IMG/VR virus record: IMGVR_UViG_3300037246_002669
Span: 30,913-94,912 of that record
Length of the DNA: 64,000 nucleotides
Reading direction: 5' to 3' (one strand)
From: a virus
The stretch's first letter is position 1, and every line of letters starts with the position of its first letter. The translations under genes were made by a program, and so were the position numbers. The notes beneath the pieces are model-generated. The model saw only the letters and a list, made by a program, of their open reading frames with translations. It made no database searches and had not been told where the DNA came from. Positions 56,497 to 64,000 of the stretch are shown here, piece after piece.

Positions 56497-57618
56497 CTAC
56501 AAGTGCCGCCTGTCTAACCGCAGCATTCTTTTTGCGATATGCCGTGCGGACGCTGCTTTCAACCGCAGCATCATTCGTTTAAGTTTGACCTGACTCTTCT
56601 TTCCGATGTAAACGCCCATGTGTCCAGCATTGAGAGCGTGTTCGACTACATATTCTGACGCCACTTTATACATAATGGCCCTTGCTGACTCCTTGACGGT
56701 GATGTCGTCAGTCTTTCCCCAGGTGACACCCACGGGAATTGTGATCTTCGAAGGATCGACCAACCTACCGTGTATTTCCAACTTTCCGTTGATCATTTTA
56801 TTGTCACGGAAACCGTCACGGTTGACATCTACGACCCAGCCGCCTTCGGTATCCTGAGGACGGTAAAACCACTTCCTGAATATCGCAGTCTCTTCCAGTG
56901 CCTGACTTCTGCCGTGGACTACATTGTTGACAATCTTGAGATAATCGCCGATGAACCGTTCATAAGGGTTCATCATTACAAAATTGGTCAGGAGCACTTT
57001 TCCCGGCATGATGCCGTCATTGTCCGCAACAATCTTCTCGACCGGGCCGATGCCGAACATCTTGACAAGGTCGTAAAAATAACCTCCCCCTTTATGAAAA
57101 TCTGTCGCGGAAGCCATAAGGTGCAAGGACAAGATATCTGACTCGTCAATGGCAGTATGGCATAACAGGGAGTAACCGCCTTGGCACATGCCGATCAAAT
57201 GAACCGGGCGATCGATGAGCTTGATCACTTCGGCTACATGGTCCACAAGATCTTCAAAATAAACATTTTCATGAGTTCCCGCCGGGTGATAGCATAAGGC
57301 ATAGACGGGACTGTCGGGCATGCAGTTTTTAATGGTCTCGACTGGGGACTTCCCAGGAGACATCGAGAGAAGAACTTTTTCATCATGGCCGGATGTAGGG
57401 GGCCTGAACAAAACTGGATCTCCGGGACCGTCCTGGAACTTCCGAATGTAATACACGGAATTTGAAAAAATAATCTCGTTCTCATCGTAGCATTCTACTG
57501 GTCCTGTTGCGCATGCAGTTGCCCAGAATTTGCCAATATTCTCAAACATGTTATCCCATACGTTAAAATGCTGTTCCACGATGTTACTCCTCTGCCGCCG
57601 AAATATTATTGACGGCAT
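56497..57618 (-). CDS. Alpha/beta-hydrolase of the PHA synthase / intracellular PHB depolymerase superfamily
   Basis: PPTSGH, HLIGMCQGG (G-x-C-x-G nucleophile), WGKTDDIT (Asp) and AGHMGVYIG (His). Confidence 0.75.
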   Translation of the reverse strand: MPSIIFRRQRSNIVEQHFNVWDNMFENIGKFWATACATGPVECYDENEIIFSNSVYYIRKFQDGPGDPVLFRPPTSGHDEKVLLSMSPGKSPVETIKNCMPDSPVYALCYHPAGTHENVYFEDLVDHVAEVIKLIDRPVHLIGMCQGGYSLLCHTAIDESDILSLHLMASATDFHKGGGYFYDLVKMFGIGPVEKIVADNDGIMPGKVLLTNFVMMNPYERFIGDYLKIVNNVVHGRSQALEETAIFRKWFYRPQDTEGGWVVDVNRDGFRDNKMINGKLEIHGRLVDPSKITIPVGVTWGKTDDITVKESARAIMYKVASEYVVEHALNAGHMGVYIGKKSQVKLKRMMLRLKAASARHIAKRMLRLDRRHL

Positions 57619-57918
57619 GTTTACTACGTTTTACTATTCCTGACTTTCAAGCACTCCGGGCATGTCACATTATATGACGGAGTCGGAGTGCATATCAGTG
57701 AGACTCGGCGGTCGCACAAAGTATCTGTAGACAATGCATGGGTTAAGTGTATTTCACTACTTCCGCGCACTGATACTCCCATCAGACCATTCCTATCACG
57801 GCCACCTGTTACTGTGCGTCTTCGCATTATCCCACTACCTCCTGCAACCAGTTGAACTTATTGGAAGTTCATTACTTTTATACGATAACTAATTGAGTCC
57901 AGTCAGAAGGGCGCTCCT

Positions 57919-58947
57919 CTACAAATTGGAAGGAGTACTTGTCTTCTCTTCGGGTACCCATTCGCTGGTTTTGAAGTCATACTGATGCACATCGAACAGC
58001 GTTAACTCTGAATCCCAGTCCCCTTCGTGGCCCCGCCAGTTTGAGATAGCCAGCACTGCCCGGTAAACTCCTGGTTTCATATCCGCGCAGTCGCAAGTGA
58101 TATACTCGTTAACTTCAGAAGTGTCACGCCAAAAATCTTCCGACACTTTGTCCTCGTTCAGAATTCGGATCAGGCCACTTGGAGTGAAGATCGCAAGAGG
58201 CGCTTCTCCTTCTGACTCCGGCAGATACGGCGATATGGGCAGAAAGGAACCGGCTGCCTTTAGTACTGGTGCGGTGAGACAAGCCTTCGCTATCTCCGCA
58301 CCCACTTCAATGTAGCATTTATTACAGTGGGCATAATCGTTTCCCAGTATATACTGGTGAGTTCCGACTATCTTTTCCTCGCACTTTATACACCGGATAC
58401 TCCCAGTTTCCTCCATCAAGTCTGACTGAAGTTCCGGCAGAAAGCCTTTTGGGTTGGGTATCACTTCACTTGTCAATTCGAGAGTACCATTCTCCCCTGA
58501 GATGGTCAGGGAATCGCCATCTCGCTGGACAATGTAATGGTGCCATCCGTCATCCTGTATATCTATGGTACCGACCAACACTTTCGCGGTCCCGATATAA
58601 CAACTGACATCAAGTTTGCCGGAACTATTCTGTTCGATAATGATACCGGCGGGTACCGCCTGCTGCGCGCTCATGAGAAGCGCCCGGTTATTACTTGCGG
58701 TTTTCCTCACCCAAAAACCAGCAGCCCACTTGGGAAGAAAAGCTATGTTCTGGACAGACTTTTCACGGACTTCGGGAGTAACATTCTTCCACTCCTCCCC
58801 CGCCATCGCCGAGGCATAACAATTCCTGCAATAGGGATCTGCATCCCCGAATACATAGTAGCATACCCCCACTTCTTTTCCGCATCGGGCGCACTTTGGA
58901 ATGCCACTCTCCTCTTCTTCTTCACATCGCGCACATTTGATACTCAT
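57919..58947 (-). CDS. Hypothetical protein with CxxC pairs and a LamG-like fragment
   Basis: AGGAGG RBS. DDGWHHYIVQRDG segment. Confidence 0.6.
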   Translation of the reverse strand: MSIKCARCEEEEESGIPKCARCGKEVGVCYYVFGDADPYCRNCYASAMAGEEWKNVTPEVREKSVQNIAFLPKWAAGFWVRKTASNNRALLMSAQQAVPAGIIIEQNSSGKLDVSCYIGTAKVLVGTIDIQDDGWHHYIVQRDGDSLTISGENGTLELTSEVIPNPKGFLPELQSDLMEETGSIRCIKCEEKIVGTHQYILGNDYAHCNKCYIEVGAEIAKACLTAPVLKAAGSFLPISPYLPESEGEAPLAIFTPSGLIRILNEDKVSEDFWRDTSEVNEYITCDCADMKPGVYRAVLAISNWRGHEGDWDSELTLFDVHQYDFKTSEWVPEEKTSTPSNL

Positions 58948-59000
58948 GATCTTCCTCCTGTTAAAAATAATTTGGACGGAACCATTCCGTAAACTGGGCG

Positions 59001-59381
59001 TTAGTCAGGAGTTACGGAACGAAGGTCCCCCACTGCTTCCTCCGGTGAATCTCCGTAACCAGCATCACTTTCCTGCAAATCAACGAAGCCGTCCCTGAAA
59101 GCCACCCACTGCTTCTCGTCTTTCTTGATGTTGATGTCAGAATCCCACCAGTTCGGAACGAAGTGATAAGCAGAGGGAGAAGCATTTGCTTCAGACATCC
59201 TGCAGGAATCGTTCAAGCATCTCCATCCTATACCTGCTCGTTCCATGGTCATGGTCCCACATGCACGACACGGTCCCAGGTTTCCGCCTTCTCCATGTGT
59301 CCAGGTCATCTCGCCCGTATCGTATAATTTTCCCGCCATGATTTTCCTCCTGTTAGAATAATTTGGATAGAACCGTTCCAT
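59001..59381 (-). CDS. Hypothetical protein (start probably MAGKL)
   Basis: AGGAGG RBS before the internal Met. Confidence 0.55.
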   Translation of the reverse strand: MERFYPNYSNRRKIMAGKLYDTGEMTWTHGEGGNLGPCRACGTMTMERAGIGWRCLNDSCRMSEANASPSAYHFVPNWWDSDINIKKDEKQWVAFRDGFVDLQESDAGYGDSPEEAVGDLRSVTPD

Positions 59382-59428
59382 CCTTTATATACAAAATAAC
59401 ACCATTCCAATTTATTTACAAACGACCA

Positions 59429-59800
59429 CTAATCGAAGACTTCCTTCATGCCTGTTGTTTTGAGCCAGTCTTCATGATACTGTGCCGGATTTGTCCCAGT
59501 TGAACCACCTTCAAACAAAATGTCGAACCATCCTCCTGGGTTCTTTTTGATTTGGGTAAAACCGAACAGGACACTGTAATGAGTCGGCTTAAAGGGGATA
59601 TCCACCACTTCGTCCATACTGACTGGAGGAACAGCCGCATAAATGGCAGACAACTTTGGTTTGCTAATTTCGGGCCGCAAAGATCTGTCTTTTACAAATT
59701 CATCCCATGCCTTCTGGACATCAATTCCCCGGTACTTATAGTCGGCCACCAACTCTTCGGCAGATGCAGTGGCACGATCTCCTCTAACTGTTATTTTCAT
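59429..59800 (-). CDS. Hypothetical protein
   Basis: GAGG RBS and tight packing. Confidence 0.55.
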   Translation of the reverse strand: MKITVRGDRATASAEELVADYKYRGIDVQKAWDEFVKDRSLRPEISKPKLSAIYAAVPPVSMDEVVDIPFKPTHYSVLFGFTQIKKNPGGWFDILFEGGSTGTNPAQYHEDWLKTTGMKEVFD

Positions 59801-59803
59801 GAC

Positions 59804-60370
59804 TTACCTCTCCTGTCCAAATGGCACAACTTCGTAATCGTCAAGGGACTCCAGCAGACTCTCGGGAATTTCAAGGTTTTTTTCCCGGAAATATTTCAAC
59901 TGTCCGTCGCGGTCCTGCCGGATAGCCTCTTTCACAGCATTGAGCGCATATTCGAATCGTACCGGCTCATCTTCCGCCCAATAAGGGGCCTTGAAAAACT
60001 TTCCCTCCAGATTAAAGGCGATACGCCGTTCTTCCTTGGGAATGTCAGAAAACCATACGACAAAATCTTTGACGCCGAGATAAATGGACTTCCACTTTGC
60101 CACGACTTTGTATGGTGCCGCCTTTGGCGCGGGTGCCTTCGCAATTCCTAAAGACTGTTGGCCTCTACCTGTTATTTTCACGATCCTCCTCCTTTTTTCC
60201 TCCGCTCCCGGTGAATGAGAGACTGGAGCGTAAGTTGGCACCAGCAGCACTTGCCCGTCTGCCGTTGTCACCCAGAATATCCATGAATGCGGCCTCTTCT
60301 CTCCGTTTCTCCAATTTCCGGTTACGCCTCCATGCAAACCCACCGAATGCCACCAGCATACTCCACGCAC
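59804..60370 (-). CDS. Hypothetical protein (true start probably GTG near 60181)
   Basis: AGGAGGA RBS before VKITG. Confidence 0.5.
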   Translation of the reverse strand: MRGVCWWHSVGLHGGVTGNWRNGEKRPHSWIFWVTTADGQVLLVPTYAPVSHSPGAEEKRRRIVKITGRGQQSLGIAKAPAPKAAPYKVVAKWKSIYLGVKDFVVWFSDIPKEERRIAFNLEGKFFKAPYWAEDEPVRFEYALNAVKEAIRQDRDGQLKYFREKNLEIPESLLESLDDYEVVPFGQER

Positions 60371-60821
60371 TGTGTGGTATTACATTGCATCCTGTAACCT
60401 GTTTCGCCACCTCCAGGAAAACCTCATCCCAAAAAGATCTGGGAGTTTTGTGATAATACTCTTCGGGGGCAAAGAAATGACTGTCGTGAATTAGTAAATG
60501 GCCATGCCGGTAGCCATAGTCGTGAATTAGACTGGGTACAAGCAGAATTCCGGTGGGGGATAGCACTGGCCAGAGCAGCCGGGGAATTGATGCTCCATCG
60601 AAAACAAAACCTGCAGGTATAAACACTGTCTGCCGGCGACCTTTAATATCCAGGTCAATTTTCCACGACTCCGCAATTTTCCACTTTCGAGATGCAGTCA
60701 TCCACTGCCGCGTCCTCCCGAAAAAAGACTTTCCAATTGTGGGAATCGGAATAGGTGTCAATTTAAGGCGATCGATTGCTTCCAAAATCTGCTTCTGGTG
60801 GGGATTCAGTTTGTTCTTCAC
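60165..60821 (-). CDS. DUF1353-like protein
   Basis: IPAGFVFDGASIPR...LIHDYGY signature. GTG start with GGAGG RBS. Confidence 0.75.
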   Translation of the reverse strand: MKNKLNPHQKQILEAIDRLKLTPIPIPTIGKSFFGRTRQWMTASRKWKIAESWKIDLDIKGRRQTVFIPAGFVFDGASIPRLLWPVLSPTGILLVPSLIHDYGYRHGHLLIHDSHFFAPEEYYHKTPRSFWDEVFLEVAKQVTGCNVIPHSAWSMLVAFGGFAWRRNRKLEKRREEAAFMDILGDNGRRASAAGANLRSSLSFTGSGGKKEEDRENNR

Positions 60822-61420
60822 TCTCCACCTCCTTCGGTATGTAATAAATAAGGGAGTTTTCTTTTCAGTGCCGCCGCATCCCAATTGCACCAAACAGACA
60901 ACCACTGTTTAGCTGTCGGGCGTTTGTATAACCGGCCTTCGAGTATTTCACGTTCACGCTTCTTACTTGCCTTCATTGCCAAGTCGTGTTCTCGTCTTGC
61001 GCGCTTGCCCTCCCGGTCGGAAATTATGACTTGCATCTCCTGGTTGGATTTATGCAGTTTTGCAATCCTCTTGTCCCGCGCAGTTAACAGTTGCTCCAAC
61101 TGTGCGATTGTCCTGCCCTTCTTAACTCTCCTGTGAAGCAGCCGCATTTCCTTCAGGGAATCTGCGATGTCTTCTCGCAACTTTTCCAGATGATCTATTT
61201 TCTGCGGAATCGTGATGATTTTCTTACTCACTTTTTCACCTCCTGACAGGAATCCATGTATCCACCGTGAAATCGTCTTTCTGCATCGGCATTCTTTTTG
61301 TCGTCGGTCGCAGCCAGCCACCGTAAGCATCAATGAACCTGATCCAGTCGTCTTCTCTCCACCCACTACTGTGAACGGGAGGCGCTTTGAACTTATACTT
61401 GCCAATCCTGTACAACTCAC
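60818..61420 (-). CDS. Coiled-coil hypothetical protein (true start near 61231)
   Basis: AGGAGG RBS before VSKKI. Confidence 0.5.
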   Translation of the reverse strand: MSCTGLASISSKRLPFTVVGGEKTTGSGSLMLTVAGCDRRQKECRCRKTISRWIHGFLSGGEKVSKKIITIPQKIDHLEKLREDIADSLKEMRLLHRRVKKGRTIAQLEQLLTARDKRIAKLHKSNQEMQVIISDREGKRARREHDLAMKASKKREREILEGRLYKRPTAKQWLSVWCNWDAAALKRKLPYLLHTEGGGE

Positions 61421-61850
61421 GTTTTTCCTCCAGTGACAACTCGCGTTCCGGTACTTTCTTAGGGTATCGCATCAGAAAGCATCCGGTAGTTCCCGCTTCC
61501 TCGAAGCCGTACCTTTTATATAAGGCAACCAACTGGTCGAAATTCAAAGGACTGCCTGGGTAAGGGGAAGGCGTGCAACAAATTGCAAATCCATTGGCAT
61601 CTGCAATCCGGGTTACGATGCCCAGCAACTCTTTTCCCCGGCCATCTCTGCTATAGGGACACATCACTTTCAGCCGGTTGAAGAAAAGCACCCTTACACC
61701 GGCAATCTTCAACTTGACTTTTGCAAAGTGTTCCTGCACTGGTTCGATAGTAGTCAGCCCGGCGCAAGAAGCATCACCCAGGGACACATGCACTCCGTCC
61801 TTCGTTATACTGATCGTTATTCCGCCATCCATGTTACTTTTCCTCCGCAT
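61236..61850 (-). CDS. Hypothetical protein with GNAT-like segment
   Basis: GRGKELL and LVALYKRYGF resemble GNAT acetyl-CoA-binding motifs. Confidence 0.5.
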   Translation of the reverse strand: MRRKSNMDGGITISITKDGVHVSLGDASCAGLTTIEPVQEHFAKVKLKIAGVRVLFFNRLKVMCPYSRDGRGKELLGIVTRIADANGFAICCTPSPYPGSPLNFDQLVALYKRYGFEEAGTTGCFLMRYPKKVPERELSLEEKRELYRIGKYKFKAPPVHSSGWREDDWIRFIDAYGGWLRPTTKRMPMQKDDFTVDTWIPVRR

Positions 61851-62292
61851 TTTTTAAATTCTTAATGAAGTTTTCCAGCGAGGCAGACTTTTTGCGTACC
61901 TCACTCACCTTTTCGCAATTCCTAAAATGTAGCCGCCGATCACCTTGGTCTACTGTAGCACCACATACTCTGCAGGTGAAAATCACTTCTGTGTAATCAC
62001 ACTCAGGCGTCCAACTCCCTCCAGAATGGTGACGTTCTTCCTTGCCCTTGAATATGAACAATGCGTCAAACACTTGGACTTCAGCAGACTCACCCAACTG
62101 ATCATGCCAGAAAGTAGTTAATACTCGGCGGGTGCAGGTGATAAAGGGCAACCCGTGGTAACCATCCATGGCAGTAAGTAGCGCACGGATAATTTCCTTA
62201 GACTCATACTGCATGATAACGTCAAGTTCCTCATCGGAGGACATCATAACTATTTTCCCTCCCATTCTTTGCAGCCTTGAAAAGCAGGCCAA
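61834..62292 (-). CDS. Hypothetical protein
   Basis: Packed minus-strand ORF. Confidence 0.5.
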   Translation of the reverse strand: MACFSRLQRMGGKIVMMSSDEELDVIMQYESKEIIRALLTAMDGYHGLPFITCTRRVLTTFWHDQLGESAEVQVFDALFIFKGKEERHHSGGSWTPECDYTEVIFTCRVCGATVDQGDRRLHFRNCEKVSEVRKKSASLENFIKNLKNAEEK

Positions 62293-62525
62293 TTAATCCG
62301 CATTTTTGCCGTAGGACACCATAACTTCACCATACTTTGGCACCTATCGCAAGTTTCCCGCTCGGGATTCTTAAAACACATGCGCTCATGTTCCACTATA
62401 AACTTCTCGTCCATCGACAACTTGTCGCATCCGTACTGACAGACGTATGCGGTTACTTTTTTCGGCATGGCATTACCTCCACAAATGCTCCATCCAAACC
62501 ATATCGGCAACCAAACTGCCGACAA
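62250..62525 (-). CDS. Small Cys-rich protein (start probably MPKKV)
   Basis: GGAGG RBS. Confidence 0.45.
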   Translation of the reverse strand: MSAVWLPIWFGWSICGGNAMPKKVTAYVCQYGCDKLSMDEKFIVEHERMCFKNPERETCDRCQSMVKLWCPTAKMRINWPAFQGCKEWEGK

Positions 62526-62986
62526 AGAAACGCCGGAGCAGATCGGGGATTCAGCACTTCACCCACTGTCCGATAGAACGGGCCGTCATCTCCTTCTTTG
62601 TACCAGATTACAGCGCCTTCAACTATGTCAGCAACTGTAGCGGGTCGCAAATTATTAGGGAGAGGGGGTTCTACACCCAGTACAGACAATTGCATCGTGT
62701 TTGTTACCTCGCCATACTTTTGCGCCCGTACTGGCAGATGTATGCAGTTACTTTTTCGGCATGACAACTTGTCTCCTTCCAACGGACCAGCATACTCAAG
62801 TCCTTCGGACTCACTTAACGGGAAAATTCTGACACCGCAGTCAAAACAACGAAACCGCAACTGATCGCCTTCCACAACTGCTGCTTCTGTCTGATGAATA
62901 TTATCCCCAACCTCACGGACCAAATACAGCCCATCCACTCTCGGAATTTCCTGCGTCCATGCTAACTCTGTCATTTTCGCCTCCAC
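62453..62986 (-). CDS. Hypothetical protein
   Basis: GGAGG RBS before MTELAW. Confidence 0.55.
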   Translation of the reverse strand: MEAKMTELAWTQEIPRVDGLYLVREVGDNIHQTEAAVVEGDQLRFRCFDCGVRIFPLSESEGLEYAGPLEGDKLSCRKSNCIHLPVRAQKYGEVTNTMQLSVLGVEPPLPNNLRPATVADIVEGAVIWYKEGDDGPFYRTVGEVLNPRSAPAFLCRQFGCRYGLDGAFVEVMPCRKK

Positions 62987-63592
62987 AATTTTTTTAGAAT
63001 TACAGACAGTTCAATACTGACACCAATTACAGCCAGGACTATCCCAATGACACTGGCAGCAGTGCACGCTAACTCTATCATTTTTCTGATTTCCTCCTTG
63101 TATAGGCAATGAGATCGAATCCCGGTCATCCGGCAGCATCTTAACGGCCTTCCTTCATTCCTATTGTTTCCTGCATCATGTCCTTTATAGCATGATCAAC
63201 ATGTATTGGCAAACGTAGGTTATTTTCGTGCAATTTATTGCATATCCCCGAAATCGGATTGACAGCGATGGGCAGCGTTGCGCATAGTCCGCCTTTCCAG
63301 GCGTCATAGGCCGGAAGGCAAACCCCAAATTTTTACCCTCATGCATCCCATTATGTTTTATTTTATATGCCAGTGCCCCGTCATGCCTCGTGATACAAGT
63401 GCAGCCCATGTGCATCGACAATCCAAATTTTATGCCCCATGTCCCCCCCTCAAAAATTGGATGGTACTTCTCTCCTTTGTTACCATGTGCATACCCTCGC
63501 TCCGCTCATGTACAGTAACACATGCCGGCATACCCTCGGTGCGTGCATGTGCAAGGCAGTCACGTTAATCCCCAAATGCATATGCGATCTCT

Positions 63593-63714
63593 ACTGACGG
63601 TTACAGTAACAACTGATGTTTACAGTAACAACTGTCATACTTGTGTTGTGCATGTCGGCACTATGCAACTATTGCAAACTTGTGTCTCTACTGATGTTTA
63701 CAGTACCAACTGTC
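63593..63714. repeat. Three 19-bp direct repeats (ACTGATGTTTACAGTAACA-like) in a non-coding TGCA-rich tract
   Basis: Copies at 63593-63611, 63612-63630 and 63690-63708. Confidence 0.75.
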
Positions 63715-64000
63715 TCTACTGTCGTGTTTGTCGTGCATCAATCCAATTTCAATGTGCATGCAGGTGCAATGAGTGCATGCAAACATACTGTACTGACTGC
63801 AGTGCGAACGTGCCTACTCTCAAAATGCTGGTGAGATTTTTTACACTATGGTGACTGCTACTACTGCGGCGGGGGGTCGAGATTTTCAGCTACTACACCC
63901 CTATGGACAGGCAGCCTTCACTCCCAAAAATCAAACTGGCCAACTTGCGCGCGCTACTACTTCACGACTGACTGCGCGGTGCCAATTAAGTGTACGTGCA

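Larger units (their letters stand above)
6105..63243. repeat. Dispersed 16-bp TTGCAA-N4-TTGCAA box (15 perfect copies and 3 variants)
   Basis: Perfect copies start at 6105, 10609, 13393, 21235, 28571, 32217, 34428, 37219, 41354, 46257, 47632, 50176, 51382, 54090, 55797. Variants start at 56138, 61573, 63228. Confidence 0.9.

Noticed and set aside
388-63854. Plus-strand ORFs in general
   Set aside because: They are antisense to well-supported minus-strand genes and show no recognisable motifs.
1-64000. tRNA/rRNA genes, terminase, endolysin, integrase, repressor, tail sheath
   Set aside because: None recognised by eye. They may lie outside the window, so lifestyle and host cannot be assigned.

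Overview
This window is a 64-kb segment of a large tailed dsDNA phage genome with a long non-contractile (sipho-type) tail: there is a tape measure and tail tube but no sheath. Essentially all credible genes are on the minus strand. In transcription order (right to left) it contains: (1) a non-coding repeat-rich end (63.3-64 kb); (2) an early region of small genes driven by eight near-identical sigma70 promoter cassettes, including a PHA synthase/depolymerase-like hydrolase, two SAM methyltransferases, three HNH-AP2 endonucleases and a GHKL ATPase; (3) DNA ligase and an apparently inactive minimal PolX; (4) a PBSX-like head module, neck, tail tube, -1 frameshifted chaperone, tape measure and tail-tip genes; (5) holin-like genes; (6) a sugar-modification cluster (GT4, GT9, a GT-A enzyme with polypeptide-GalNAc-transferase-like motifs, and a WbpP-type UDP-GlcNAc 4-epimerase); (7) a UDG-fused family A DNA polymerase; (8) portal and head morphogenesis genes. 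The main finding is a candidate phage-encoded mucin-type O-glycosylation system. The donor-making epimerase and transferases co-occur with six structural-module proteins carrying Thr/Pro mucin-like tracts, and five of these, including the major capsid and tail tube, end in a poly-Thr run at the stop codon. A second notable element is a 16-bp TTGCAA-N4-TTGCAA box with 15 perfect copies across the window. No terminase, endolysin, integrase, tRNA or CRISPR array was recognised. All family assignments come from motif recognition by eye, not from database searches.
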